A stretch of 64,000 nt of DNA from Leptonemataceae bacterium (GTDB lineage: Bacteria; Spirochaetota; Leptospiria; Leptospirales; Leptonemataceae), in the NCBI GenBank assembly GCA_965227295.1, contig OZ245742.1, forward strand, positions 992,001 to 1,056,000, read 5' to 3'. Of this stretch, positions 8,830-19,423 are shown piece by piece. The notes under the pieces are model-generated. The model was not told where the DNA came from, did no database searches, and was given only the letters and a program-made list of their open reading frames with translations. The position numbers were made by a program, and so were the translations under genes. The stretch's first letter is position 1, and every line of letters starts with the position of its first letter.

Positions 8830-10611
8830 CTAGCCACCCGGAGCCAGGCTTGTTCGAAACTGCAGCTCCGCCAGCCGCGCGTACAACGGCGACATCGTTA
8901 ATAGTTCTTCGTGAGAACCTAACGCCACGATCCGCCCGTGATCGAGCACGGCAATGCGATGCGCGTCGCGGACCGTGGCGAGGCGGTGCGCTATCACGAG
9001 CGTCGTGCGGTTCTGCATCAGTTCCGTGAGGGCCTGCTGGACCATGAACTCACTCTCGGCATCCAGGGCCGACGTCGCTTCGTCCAGCAGCAGCACCCGC
9101 GGATCTTTCAAGATCGCCCGCGCCACGGCAATGCGCTGGCGCTGCCCGCCGGATAGTCGCACGCCGCGCTCACCGACGAACGTGGCGTAACCCTCCGGCA
9201 GACGATCTATGAACTCGGCGGCATACGCCGCTGTCGCCGCGTCCCGAACCTCCGCATCGCTCGCATCGGGACGACCGTAACGAATGTTGTCCGCCACCGT
9301 TCCGGTAAAGAGCGCCGGCTGTTGCGGGACAATGCCGATGTGCTTGCGTAATTCGTGCGGATCCAGGCTGCGAATGTCTACATCGTCAAGTAAGATGTGA
9401 CCGCCCGCAGGATCGTAAAAGCGCAACAACAGATCAAAGAGGGTGGACTTACCGGCCCCGCTGGGGCCAACCAGGGCCAGGGTCTCGCCGGGCTCCGCGT
9501 CCAGGTCCAGGTCGTCGATGGCGGCCGCCTCGGGACGCGAATCATAAAAAAACTTTAAGTTTCGCGCGACAAGCCGGCCGCGCACAACGACGGGCAGGCG
9601 GGCCGGCGTTTCGGGAACGGTGATGAGGTTCTCCGCCTCGTAGAGTTCCGCCAGACGTTCCGTCGCCCCGGCCGCCCGTTGTAGCTCGCCGATCACCTCG
9701 CTCACCGCGCCCACGGACGCGCCCACCATGAACGCGTAAAAGCCGAAGGCGAGCAGCTGGCCGCCGGTCTTGTGGCCGTCGATCACGTCCTGCCCGCCGA
9801 TCCAGATCATCGCACACAACGAACCGACCACGAACAGAATCACCACCGCGATCAAGAACGAGCGCTGGCGAATGCGGCGGCGCGCCGTATCAAAGGCCGC
9901 CTCGACGCGCTCGCTGAATCGTGTGCGGTCGTGTTCCTGATGATTGTAGGCCTGTACCGTTTTGATGTTCTGTAAGGCCTCGCCCACGTACGAACCCACG
10001 TCCGCCATGCGGTCCTGGGCCGAGCGGGACAGCTTGCGCACCCGGCGGCCGAAGATCAAGATCGGCGCTACGACCAGCGGCACGCCTAAAAGTACGATCA
10101 ACGTAAGCTTAAGATCCGTGAGGAACATCAGCACGAGGCCGCCGAGAAAGACGATGGCATTGCGCAGCGCAATCGAAACCGAGGAACCGATGACCGACTG
10201 AATCAACGTCGTATCCGTGGTGATGCGCGACTGAATCTCGCCGCTGCTGTTCATTTCGAAGAAGCCGGGATGCAGTGAAATGACGCGGTCGAATACGGCC
10301 TTGCGAATATCCGCCGTCGCTCGTTCGCCGATCCAGGAGACGAGATAGTGCCGCACGTACGTACCGACCGACAGCAAAAACGCGATACCGATAAACATCA
10401 ACACCGCGCGGTCCAGAAGTTCCTGAGAGCCCTCGCCGAAACCCTCGTCCACCAGGAAACGCAGGCCCTGGCCGAGACTCAGGGTGATGCCGCTGGTAAA
10501 CAGCAGAGCGAGAGACGCAAGAAAGATGGTGCCGCCGTAGGGTCGGAGAAAACCCAGGGCGAACGTAAGGCTGCGTAGATTCTTGCTGGAAGGGCGGTTC
10601 GCGTCGATCAT
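8830..10611 (-). CDS. MsbA-related ABC exporter (fused permease and ATPase)
   Basis: 6-TM domain, Walker A GPSGAGKS, LSGGQRQR, LLLDEATSALD, IAHRL. Confidence 0.92.
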   Translation of the reverse strand: MIDANRPSSKNLRSLTFALGFLRPYGGTIFLASLALLFTSGITLSLGQGLRFLVDEGFGEGSQELLDRAVLMFIGIAFLLSVGTYVRHYLVSWIGERATADIRKAVFDRVISLHPGFFEMNSSGEIQSRITTDTTLIQSVIGSSVSIALRNAIVFLGGLVLMFLTDLKLTLIVLLGVPLVVAPILIFGRRVRKLSRSAQDRMADVGSYVGEALQNIKTVQAYNHQEHDRTRFSERVEAAFDTARRRIRQRSFLIAVVILFVVGSLCAMIWIGGQDVIDGHKTGGQLLAFGFYAFMVGASVGAVSEVIGELQRAAGATERLAELYEAENLITVPETPARLPVVVRGRLVARNLKFFYDSRPEAAAIDDLDLDAEPGETLALVGPSGAGKSTLFDLLLRFYDPAGGHILLDDVDIRSLDPHELRKHIGIVPQQPALFTGTVADNIRYGRPDASDAEVRDAATAAYAAEFIDRLPEGYATFVGERGVRLSGGQRQRIAVARAILKDPRVLLLDEATSALDAESEFMVQQALTELMQNRTTLVIAHRLATVRDAHRIAVLDHGRIVALGSHEELLTMSPLYARLAELQFRTSLAPGG

Positions 10612-10637
10612 GTTTGTTAATCTTACAAAGGTTGCAC

Positions 10638-11522
10638 TTAAGGGGACGGTGTATTGCGCAGATAGTAGCGATCGATCGTACGAAACGGACGCCAGCCGCG
10701 AAACTCGTCCGGCATCACGCCGTCCAGACGCTCACGAACGGCCTGCATGGTTTCGAGCTCATCCGCCTCGATTTTGTGAAAGCCGCGTTCGCCGAGCAGC
10801 GCTTCGGTAAGCCGGTCCTGCCCGGAATCTCCGGCAATCAGAAAGACCAGGCTCGCGCCGGTGACACCCAACTCCCGGCGTTCCAGAAGTGCGTCCAGGA
10901 TCTCTACACGATACTCCGGTTTCTCGTTCGGGGCGATGAAAAGATCGTACAAAAAAATAACGCCGTCCCTGGGCATGGCCTGCACGCCGCCGCGCGCTCG
11001 CATGTGCTGCTCACCGATGAACGAGACGCCGTGAGATAACAGCCGCGAGTACCGCAGGTAACTCAAATTCTCTTCCGGCGACGCCTGCTGTTTCCAGGCA
11101 AAGAGGCGTTCGCGTTCCTCGCGGTCCGTGCCGGCGCGACGCAAATCGAAGTGCCGATAACGCGCTCGCATCCACATACCGGCAGTAACGATCAGCGACA
11201 CCAGGCCCTGGATGATCAGACTCCGCGCGATGCCGGACCAGCCTTCGTTTTCGAACAGGATGGAGTGCTCCGGGTTTATGAGCGGAAAGACCGACACCGC
11301 GAGAAATTCCGCGGCGAGCAGGATCGGCAGCAGGGACAGCAAATGTCGGGCCTCCAAATGCGGCCAGAACAGCGCGAACAGCGCGAGCAAAAACGACGCC
11401 CAGAAAAAGCCGGCCGCGTGCGCGGGGCCGTCGGTGAGAAAGGGCAACGCCGTCGGCGCCAGAAGAACACCGACGTGCAAGAGTACGCCGATGAGAATAT
11501 AGAGCGCGGGCCAGAGTTTCAT
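10638..11522 (-). CDS. Hypothetical membrane protein (4 N-terminal TM segments plus a soluble domain)
   Basis: 294-aa ORF with a hydrophobic N-half, filling the gap upstream of the ABC gene. Confidence 0.65.
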   Translation of the reverse strand: MKLWPALYILIGVLLHVGVLLAPTALPFLTDGPAHAAGFFWASFLLALFALFWPHLEARHLLSLLPILLAAEFLAVSVFPLINPEHSILFENEGWSGIARSLIIQGLVSLIVTAGMWMRARYRHFDLRRAGTDREERERLFAWKQQASPEENLSYLRYSRLLSHGVSFIGEQHMRARGGVQAMPRDGVIFLYDLFIAPNEKPEYRVEILDALLERRELGVTGASLVFLIAGDSGQDRLTEALLGERGFHKIEADELETMQAVRERLDGVMPDEFRGWRPFRTIDRYYLRNTPSP

Positions 11523-11610
11523 GCGGAATCGGGATGCGTAAGATTTTTAGGTTGACCGGAACCGGGACCGGCGGCGTTCCATCGTTCCCAACACAGCGGA
11601 GAAGGCAAAC

Positions 11611-12903
11611 ATGAAACTCGAAACTATAGCACTACACGGCGGCCAGGAAATCGATCCGACCACAAACTCCCGGGCCCTGCCCATCTACCAGACCACGTCC
11701 TACGTTTTCAACGACGCCGATCACGCGGCGAACCTCTTTGCATTGAAAGAGTTCGGCAACATCTACACGCGCATCATGAATCCGACGACGGACGTCCTCG
11801 AAAAGCGCATCGCCGCGCTGGAAGGCGGCGTGGCCGGCGTGGCCACGTCCTCGGGCCAGGCCGCGGAGACTCTCGGCATTCTCAACATCACGGAGACCGG
11901 CGACGAGATCGTGTCGTCCTCGCAGCTCTACGGCGGCACGTACAATCTCTTCCACTATACGTTCCCGAAGATGGGCATCAAAGTAAAGTTTGTCGATCCC
12001 CGGGATCCTCAAAATTTCAAGAATGCCATCACGGATAAGACGCGCCTCATCTTCGTGGAAACCCTGCCGAACCCGGCCCTGGAAGTTCCGGACTTCCAGG
12101 CCATCGCGGACATCGCCCACGCCGAGGGCCTGCCGCTCATGGTGGACAACACCGCGGCGTCACCGTTTCTCTGCCGGCCCATCGAACACGGGGCGGACCT
12201 CATCATCCACTCCACCACGAAGTTTCTCGGCGGCCACGGCACGTCCATCGGCGGCATGATCATCGACTCCGGCAAATTCGCCTGGAACCAGGGGCGCCAC
12301 CCCATGATGACCACACCGGACGCGAGCTATCACGGACTGAACTACTGGGACGTCTTCGGAAACTTCGAACCCTTCGGCGGCGCGAACATCGCTTACATCA
12401 TCAAGGTACGCGTGCAGGGCCTGCGAGACATCGGGGCCGCGGCTTCTCCCATGAATGCCTGGCTGACGCTACAGGGGATCGAGACGCTGCATCTGCGCAT
12501 GGAACGCCACTGTGAGAACGCGATGAAAGTCGCGGAGTTCCTGAAGTCGCATTCGAAAGTGAAATGGGTCAACTATCCCGGCCTGAGCGATCATCGCTCG
12601 CATAGCATGTTTAAGAAGTACTTTCGCCCGAACTGCTACGGCGCGTTGCTCGGCTTCGGCATCGACGGCGGGCTCGCGGCGGGACGCAAGTTCATCGAGA
12701 AATTGCAGATGGTCTCGCACCTGGCGAACATCGGCGACGCGAAGTCACTGGCGATTCACCCGGCTTCGACGACGCACTCCCAGCTCACTCCCGAAGAACA
12801 AGAGAGCACCGGTGTAACCGACGATTATGTGCGGTTAAGCATCGGCATCGAAGCCTACGAGGACATCGAAGCGGATCTCAAGCAAGCACTCGACGCGGTG
12901 TAA
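11611..12903 (+). CDS. metY: O-acetylhomoserine aminocarboxypropyltransferase/sulfhydrylase (PLP)
   Basis: [32 protein letters not shown] (PLP lysine), [11 protein letters not shown]. Confidence 0.92.
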   Translation: MKLETIALHGGQEIDPTTNSRALPIYQTTSYVFNDADHAANLFALKEFGNIYTRIMNPTTDVLEKRIAALEGGVAGVATSSGQAAETLGILNITETGDEIVSSSQLYGGTYNLFHYTFPKMGIKVKFVDPRDPQNFKNAITDKTRLIFVETLPNPALEVPDFQAIADIAHAEGLPLMVDNTAASPFLCRPIEHGADLIIHSTTKFLGGHGTSIGGMIIDSGKFAWNQGRHPMMTTPDASYHGLNYWDVFGNFEPFGGANIAYIIKVRVQGLRDIGAAASPMNAWLTLQGIETLHLRMERHCENAMKVAEFLKSHSKVKWVNYPGLSDHRSHSMFKKYFRPNCYGALLGFGIDGGLAAGRKFIEKLQMVSHLANIGDAKSLAIHPASTTHSQLTPEEQESTGVTDDYVRLSIGIEAYEDIEADLKQALDAV

Positions 12904-12917
12904 CGAGCACGGGATTC

Positions 12918-13041
12918 ACTCCGAGGAACCGAGGAACCGAGATTCAAAGAAAGGCCAGGGGCCTGACCACCTGCGTTCGCATGACCGCGTTCAGCGAACG
13001 CAGGCTCTCCCAAAGAAACTCGGCGCCTCGGTCCTCGGAGT
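12918..13041. repeat. Nested REP-like inverted-repeat element between convergent genes
   Basis: Outer arms ACTCCGAGGAACCGAGGAACCGAGATTC / GAAACTCGGCGCCTCGGTCCTCGGAGT; inner perfect 11-bp stem CCTGCGTTCGC (12970-12980) / GCGAACGCAGG (12994-13004). Confidence 0.75.
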
Positions 13042-13048
13042 CATTGTT

Positions 13049-13474
13049 TTAGCGGACGGCGAAGCGCCGAAAATCAAACGCCGCCGCGTCACCGCCACTC
13101 ACCACCGTCGCAATAAATCGGCGTAGCTCCTCATCCGCCAGGTGGGCCATCACGTCGCGCACGATGCGGAGACCGTGAGATCTACCGACGAAGCCCCGCA
13201 TCGCCTGTAGACCGAAGTGCCGGCCCGTCTCGCCGCGATCCCAGTTCTCCGCCCAGAACTGCGCCTCAAACAGGCCGCGCCGATTGTTCCAATGCGCCAG
13301 ACCGAAGCTCAGCGAGTAGAACTCCATCACCGTGACACGTCCGCTTTCGCCGACCACAAACACCGCGCCGTGGGAACTGTTGCCGCGATCGTTTCGCGCT
13401 TCAAAAACGTACTTCGTACCAAGGGGATGCTCCGCCGCCGCGGCGAAGCAAAGTTTCGGGGATTGTGAAATCAT
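13049..13474 (-). CDS. Hypothetical protein
   Basis: 141-aa ORF preceded by a GGGAGG RBS on the minus strand. Confidence 0.55.
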   Translation of the reverse strand: MISQSPKLCFAAAAEHPLGTKYVFEARNDRGNSSHGAVFVVGESGRVTVMEFYSLSFGLAHWNNRRGLFEAQFWAENWDRGETGRHFGLQAMRGFVGRSHGLRIVRDVMAHLADEELRRFIATVVSGGDAAAFDFRRFAVR

Positions 13475-13643
13475 ATCGAACCTCCCGGTTGTGGCGAATA
13501 CCTGCGGACAACCTTACAGGAGACGGATGGTTCGAGAAATTTCTTATAGCGTGAAGGGTGTATTTTTGCGGAACGGGAAGCCTAAAGATAACTCCGAGGT
13601 CCGGGGCATCGAGGGAAAATCTCGGAGAAGATATATTGCTTCT

Positions 13644-15005
13644 TCAGTGCTGAAAATCGTAGATGCTCCCGAGATCGAGAAGCTCCGTCAGCTCATCCAG
13701 CGCTCGGCGATTGTCGTCCAGCAATTGCGGGTCACGCAGCTCCGCCGGGCTCAGGCTCTCGCGATAGTTGCGGGAAATCCACTCCCCCAGTTTCGTAAAC
13801 ATTGCGTCATCGAACATTACGCCCGGGTGCACGGCCCCGGCGTCTTCATTGCCCAGGGCCACGCGTAAACGCAAACACGCCGGACCGCCGCCGTTACGCA
13901 TGCTCTGACGAAGATCGACGAACACGATCTTCGAGAACGGTTGCTCCTCTCCGATGGTCGTACCGGTGCCTTCCAGGGCCGCGAGCAGCGAACGAACGTT
14001 CTCGTGTTCTTCACATTCCTGCGGCGCCACCAGGATCCGCGCCCCGTCCCCGGCACGCACGATCTGAGAGTTGAACAGATACGTGCGCACCGCCTCACCC
14101 AGGCTCAAATCCTGCTCTTCAATGCAGACGGTTAACAGCTCGCGACCGCAAGTTTGCGCGAAACTCTCCCGGATTACGTCCGCATCCCACTCGCCGCCGG
14201 CAAAGGCGCGCTCATGGTACAGCAGGAGATCCCGATCCCCCACGGCAATGACGTCATTGTGAAAGACCCCGGCGTCCACCGCCTCCGGGTGCTGCTGCAG
14301 CAATACGGAGCGCTCTACTTCCAGGCCGTGCAGTCGAATCACGGCCTCGCTCGCTTCACGTAATTGACGCGCCGGAAACTTCTTCGGCCCGCCGCCCCCG
14401 TGCAACGCCGCCCCGTAGACGAAAACCTCAATGCCCGGGTCTGCGTATCGCGCACAGAGACGAGTATGATTCGCTGCGCCCTCGTCGCCGAAGACGGCCG
14501 GCAGCGGATCGTGATGGGAAAACTTAGCTTTATCTGAAAATATCTTACGCAGGATCCGGGACGTCGTCTCCGCCTCCATTGATCGATGCACTTCCTTGCT
14601 CAGGTTCGCCGGCGTAAAGTGCGTGCGCCCGTCGACGGTATCGGCGGCGGGGGAGATGGTCGCGGCGTTGGCCGTCCACATCGACGCGGCGCTGCACGCG
14701 CGAAAAAAAATCTCCGGCGCGTCTCGATGCGCACGATCGATGACGCGAGCGTCGCTCCCGGTAAACCCGAGGGAACGCAGGAACCGAACGGCCGGGCGAT
14801 CGTGAGGCGGCAGTACCGCCTGGGGCACACCAAGATCGTGGAGGCGTTTCATTTTGCGCAGGCCTTGCAACGCCGCTTCCCGCGGCCGGGACTCGTCGGC
14901 GCGATGGCTCATGGAGGCGACGTTGCCGAAGGAGAGGCCGCCGTAGTTGTGCGTGGGACCGACGATGCCGTCGAAGTTGATTTCTATGCCGTCGCCCGTG
15001 CTCAT
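13644..15005 (-). CDS. astB: N-succinylarginine dihydrolase
   Basis: EINFDGIVGPTHNYGGLSFGNVAS, DEGAANHTRL, GVFHNDVI, QSMRNGGGPACLRLRV; probable ATG at 15005. Confidence 0.95.
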   Translation of the reverse strand: MSTGDGIEINFDGIVGPTHNYGGLSFGNVASMSHRADESRPREAALQGLRKMKRLHDLGVPQAVLPPHDRPAVRFLRSLGFTGSDARVIDRAHRDAPEIFFRACSAASMWTANAATISPAADTVDGRTHFTPANLSKEVHRSMEAETTSRILRKIFSDKAKFSHHDPLPAVFGDEGAANHTRLCARYADPGIEVFVYGAALHGGGGPKKFPARQLREASEAVIRLHGLEVERSVLLQQHPEAVDAGVFHNDVIAVGDRDLLLYHERAFAGGEWDADVIRESFAQTCGRELLTVCIEEQDLSLGEAVRTYLFNSQIVRAGDGARILVAPQECEEHENVRSLLAALEGTGTTIGEEQPFSKIVFVDLRQSMRNGGGPACLRLRVALGNEDAGAVHPGVMFDDAMFTKLGEWISRNYRESLSPAELRDPQLLDDNRRALDELTELLDLGSIYDFQH

Positions 15006-15009
15006 GACC

Positions 15010-16125
15010 TCAGCCGTTCGCGGGACTCTCGCTGTTCTCGCTCGATGCGAAGCGCATGGCCAGGCTCCGCGGGCGCGCCGCCACGTACCGCACGATGTCA
15101 CCGACGGTGACGCCCAGGGTTTCCGCCGCGGCACGATGCAAAATCACACCGCCGCCCGGTGCACGCCGAACCCGACCCGCGCATGCGCGAAAGCCTTCAA
15201 GGCGATTGTTGGCGACGAAGTACGTCTCGGACTCATCGGCCAGTCCGGAGCGCAGCACCATCTCGTCGTTCGCATTCTCGCTGTCTTCTACGGCTTCCAC
15301 CTGGCCGCGCATGCTCTCTTTCACACTGCGAATCTCTCGCGTGGGACAGATGTGCAACGGGCCGGCGTCGAAGATGTCCACCATGTTGCTGAAGCGAAAG
15401 CCTTCCTGTTCCAGCAGGTGCTTTGCCCCCGCGGTGCGTTCGTGAACCTGACCGATGGTCTTGCGCGCGTTCTCCGGCAACAACATCGTGTACACCGGAT
15501 AGCGCGGCAGGAGTTCGGCGATGAAACTTTTGTCTTTCGCGGACATATAATCCGCGAGAGGGAATTCTATGTTAAAGAAATGCCGGCCCAGGCCGTCCCA
15601 GAACGGCGAGCTGCCGGACTCGTTCGACGTGCCGCGGAACTCGACGATGACTTCGTCCTCGAAGCGTGTGGGAAACTCGGCCATGAACAAAAAGCGCGCG
15701 AGCGATAACAGCCGGCCCAGGCCGCGCCCCCGGTACTCCGTATTCATGTAAAGTGCCACAATCTCAGTGGGTCCGCTGTGCTCGGCGACCAGATGCAGAA
15801 TCTGCAACTCGCTGCGAATATTCAGCGTGCGAGACTCGTGCACCTCACTCTCCATGCGATACGAATAAAACGGATCGAAGCCGCCCACCTTCGCCGCGAT
15901 GCCGCAGGCACCGGCCAGCTTGCCGTTCTCCGGGTCTTCCAGTACAAAGAAGTAGTACTCGTCCCCCGGACGCGACGTGACTTTATCGAACGAACGCGCG
16001 GAGTGATACACGCGCTCGCTCAGGAGATCGCGATCCTTGGGAAGCGAGGTCAGTCCGAAGGAACTCTGGCGCGAGAGTTCGTACAGCGCGTCGACATCTT
16101 CCGGTCTGGACGGGCGAATCAGCAT
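15010..16125 (-). CDS. astA: Arginine N-succinyltransferase
   Basis: GLTSLP, LLSLARFLF, SPFWDGLGRHFF, VDIFDAGP; directly upstream of astB. Confidence 0.93.
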   Translation of the reverse strand: MLIRPSRPEDVDALYELSRQSSFGLTSLPKDRDLLSERVYHSARSFDKVTSRPGDEYYFFVLEDPENGKLAGACGIAAKVGGFDPFYSYRMESEVHESRTLNIRSELQILHLVAEHSGPTEIVALYMNTEYRGRGLGRLLSLARFLFMAEFPTRFEDEVIVEFRGTSNESGSSPFWDGLGRHFFNIEFPLADYMSAKDKSFIAELLPRYPVYTMLLPENARKTIGQVHERTAGAKHLLEQEGFRFSNMVDIFDAGPLHICPTREIRSVKESMRGQVEAVEDSENANDEMVLRSGLADESETYFVANNRLEGFRACAGRVRRAPGGGVILHRAAAETLGVTVGDIVRYVAARPRSLAMRFASSENSESPANG

Positions 16126-16179
16126 GGCGCTGCAAGATTGAACCGGCGCCGAAGACCGTGCAACAACTTCTCCGGCGGC

Positions 16180-16899
16180 TCAGTCCCGGAAAGCCGCGGC
16201 CGGACCGAGCAGAAAAATCTCACCGACGGTCTCGCCGTCCTCGCCTGCCGGCGGAGAATACGGAGCGATCCGCCGCTGCTCTCCATCCACGACGAGCCTG
16301 CCGATCACGGAGTAGGTCGCCTCCGGATCGTAGGGATACGCAAGCAAACGCACACGCTCGCATTCGTGTCGGGGCGCATCGACGCAGTACTTGTTGAAGT
16401 AGAAGTACGTGCCGTCGTGATGCATGCGCTGATTCGGTACGAGATCCTCAGTCGTGATCGCGCGCTCCGGAATACCTCGAACCTCCCAGCCGGCCCGCAC
16501 GGAGTATTCGCCGGCGTCCGTGACTAATGTAAGATCAGCATAACCTTCGCGATTCGGCACGAAGCTGCGGCGATTGCGATTGCCCGCGCAACCGGGTGTC
16601 TGGTGGACGTCCAGGTCCGGCGTGCCGGTCCAGTTGGAAGTGCAACCCTCTTCACCGGCTGTGCCGCTTTGCTGATAGGCATACACCTGCACGCTGCGTT
16701 TCCAGTGAGCGTAGCGACCGTACTGAAAAAAGACGGAGTCGCCCGCGGGTTCGGCCCGGAGCCGGCCCGTGGCGATGACCAGGTCGCCGGGCTGCGCTTC
16801 GGAGACCGGCACGGCGTTGTCCATGGGATCGCCCGGACCGCAGGACGCGAAAAGGGAACAGCAGATGAGTAGTACAGGAATGAAAATGTTACGAGTCAT
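16180..16899 (-). CDS. Putative lipoprotein, possibly a TMEM43-like extracytoplasmic domain
   Basis: Lipobox-like LFASC; GDLVIATG...RSVQVYAY...ERV...YSVIG...PY pattern resembles bacterial TMEM43-like proteins. Confidence 0.55.
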   Translation of the reverse strand: MTRNIFIPVLLICCSLFASCGPGDPMDNAVPVSEAQPGDLVIATGRLRAEPAGDSVFFQYGRYAHWKRSVQVYAYQQSGTAGEEGCTSNWTGTPDLDVHQTPGCAGNRNRRSFVPNREGYADLTLVTDAGEYSVRAGWEVRGIPERAITTEDLVPNQRMHHDGTYFYFNKYCVDAPRHECERVRLLAYPYDPEATYSVIGRLVVDGEQRRIAPYSPPAGEDGETVGEIFLLGPAAAFRD

Positions 16900-16970
16900 G
16901 AAAACGATATGTAAGACTTATGTCTCAAAACAACACGACAAGTAAAAAACATGGCCGGCGTGTTAGTACA

Positions 16971-19355
16971 TCATGAGCTCCGTCGCAGATCCGGACGGTC
17001 GCGCAAAAGAAAGCGTCGCGCATGTTCTTTAGCGGGTCCGTGTTTTCCGGTGGCCGCAAAGGCCCGCGCCGTCATGTAAACCAGTTCGGTGTCCTCGGAA
17101 TACAACGCCGCGTATTGATGCACGAGATGTAGAAATTCCGAGTAACGCTTCCGATCGAAGAGCTCGCTCAAATGCGCACGGCGGCGCTCCTCTTCCCGGC
17201 GCTCGTCGGCGTAAGTGGCGTTCCCGGCAAAGTCCTCGCGCCAGGCGATGCGCATCAGGCTCAGGTCGTCCGTAAGCTCGCCGCGCCGCCGCAGATCTCG
17301 TTCAATGGCCGGCAGAAAACCCCGGCCGGCTTCGACGCTGCGCAGAAAGGCCGTGGGATCCTCGTTCAGCACGCGCAGGTCGCGTTCGTCGTATCCGACC
17401 AACACGTCGTCTCGACCGTCGGAGCCGCTCAGGATGACATCGTCCGGTTCCATGCGGGCGGTGTGGATGCGCAGACGATTGCCGTCAAAAATTTGCACGC
17501 CGGCCTTGAGCAGGCTTACATCGTCCTGTAAGAACGAGGCCCGCCCGGCGCGGAGCAACACCAGGCGCGGATGGTCCGCGTTCAACCAGTAGAGCATGCC
17601 GGTATCGTCCTCGACCAGACCGACAATGAAGGACACTAACATACTTCCATCGAAAGTTACAAAGACGTTCTGAAGATCCTTGTAACAATCCCGCAGCCAC
17701 ACCTCCGGATACAGTTTCATCATGCGCCGGGAGCGTGACGTGCGATCCACAATCGACTGAAACACAGTGCCGAGCACCAGGGCCCCGCCGGCTCCCTGCA
17801 CGGACTTGCCCATGGCGTCGCCGTTTAAGAATAACGTATACGGTCGTCCGCGCAGTCGGATGTTATCCGAGGCGCAGAAATCTCCACCGATCTCCAGGTC
17901 CCGGGAGCGAAACGTGAAGCGTTTGTGCTGGCGTTCCAGGATCTGGACGTCCGTAACGGAACTGCGATTGCGATTCCCGCCGAGCGGGCGGAGCAACAAC
18001 GACGTCAGAAAATAGTCCCCGTCCTGTTTCGTTTTTAGAGCACGCGCCCGGTCCAGGCTCTCACGTAATTCGTGCGTGCGTCGTTCCACTTTGCGTTCGA
18101 GATCCGCGTTCAGTTCTTCCACTTCGTTCTGCACGCGCAGAAAACGTTGGGCCAGGATTCCCGCAATGCCCACCACGAAGAATCCGAAGGCAAAATGCGA
18201 GACATGCTGACCGTGGATGACATTGCGCGCAGCCAGGATGTCGTAGACCGTCGCGGCAAACGTAAGCATGACCCCGGCAATGAGATAGCGCCCTTCGGGA
18301 TGGCCGCGCCAGGTTTCTCGAATGATGTAGTACGACGTGTACGGAATATAAGCGCCCGCGGAGATCTGCCACACGAGCAGCGTAGCGTTCATTACCGGCC
18401 AGGATCCGAAGAACACGATCACACTCAGCACGAAGCAATAGACCGTGTAGAACAACGCCATGCGACTGTGTTCCCGGCGAAAGAGCTGTGTAAAAAAGAG
18501 CAGCAGCGGCGGGGCAATGCCGAAGACGAGAATGTACTCGCAACGGAGGGCAGTGATCACATCGTCGAAGACCGCCCGTCCGATTTGCGAGCGCGTGAAC
18601 CAGTAGGCGCTGGCCGTAAGCGCGAAAATGCCGAAGTACAGATTGTAAAGATCTCGCGGCCGACGAATCGCCAGCAGCAGATGGTACAAACCCACGGCGA
18701 CGTAAACCGCGATCAATAACAGATCCAGCGTGCGATCCCAATGTGCCGCAGCGAAGACGGCGTCGTTGCGACCGATACTCACCGGCCGTCCCGCGAAACT
18801 TGAGAACCGCGCCGACTCGAACAGGATCACATACAGAGTCGCCGGCTCCTCCGCCTGCAACTGATCCAGAGATGCGGCCGTTCGTTCGGGGACGGCCGTA
18901 AGCAACGTCAGCTCTCGCCCGGACACATACGGTTCGACCTGGCCGAGACTCCCGATGCGCCGATCGTCCAACAAAAAGAGTGCCACATCACCGTAGCGCG
19001 CGGCATAGATCGCCAGGGGTTCTCCGCTTCGCCGCCAGTCGCGTACGGCTGCGGGCACCGGCGCGCGAAGAACCACGGCCCGATCATACTCCAACGGTTC
19101 CGCGGGTTGGCCGTACTCAAAGCCCTCTCCAAACGACGCCGGCAATCGGACGTGATGCCAGCCGTCCGTCGGTACGGACCCATCTCGAAACCAGGCGGGA
19201 TCATAGCCCCGGCGAAACTCCCAGTCCGCAATCGGAATGACGCCTTCCTGCGGCCGACAGCCGGAGAGCAGAATGCACAGCAAGACCAGGCCAACCGGAG
19301 CCCGGCGGCCGTAACCTGTGAGCCTCCCCATCACCGTATAGTCATGAATCACCAA
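16971..19355 (-). CDS. 7TM-DISM membrane sensor fused to a SpoIIE/PP2C phosphatase
   Basis: Extracytoplasmic N-domain, ~7 TM segments, coiled coil, QDGDYFLTSLL, IGGD, GDAMGKS.QGAGG, GSDGRDD, LTDDLSL; start may be 19331. Confidence 0.85.
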   Translation of the reverse strand: MVIHDYTVMGRLTGYGRRAPVGLVLLCILLSGCRPQEGVIPIADWEFRRGYDPAWFRDGSVPTDGWHHVRLPASFGEGFEYGQPAEPLEYDRAVVLRAPVPAAVRDWRRSGEPLAIYAARYGDVALFLLDDRRIGSLGQVEPYVSGRELTLLTAVPERTAASLDQLQAEEPATLYVILFESARFSSFAGRPVSIGRNDAVFAAAHWDRTLDLLLIAVYVAVGLYHLLLAIRRPRDLYNLYFGIFALTASAYWFTRSQIGRAVFDDVITALRCEYILVFGIAPPLLLFFTQLFRREHSRMALFYTVYCFVLSVIVFFGSWPVMNATLLVWQISAGAYIPYTSYYIIRETWRGHPEGRYLIAGVMLTFAATVYDILAARNVIHGQHVSHFAFGFFVVGIAGILAQRFLRVQNEVEELNADLERKVERRTHELRESLDRARALKTKQDGDYFLTSLLLRPLGGNRNRSSVTDVQILERQHKRFTFRSRDLEIGGDFCASDNIRLRGRPYTLFLNGDAMGKSVQGAGGALVLGTVFQSIVDRTSRSRRMMKLYPEVWLRDCYKDLQNVFVTFDGSMLVSFIVGLVEDDTGMLYWLNADHPRLVLLRAGRASFLQDDVSLLKAGVQIFDGNRLRIHTARMEPDDVILSGSDGRDDVLVGYDERDLRVLNEDPTAFLRSVEAGRGFLPAIERDLRRRGELTDDLSLMRIAWREDFAGNATYADERREEERRRAHLSELFDRKRYSEFLHLVHQYAALYSEDTELVYMTARAFAATGKHGPAKEHARRFLLRDRPDLRRSS

Positions 19356-19423
19356 CGCATCAAAAGCAATCCATTTCCGTGAAAAGCATGTTGAAGCGCC
19401 GTCGCACCGGGCGACCGTGACGG

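Noticed and set aside
11523-11610. Possible SAM riboswitch upstream of metY
   Set aside because: Only 88 nt shared with a divergent gene, and no recognisable SAM-I/II core
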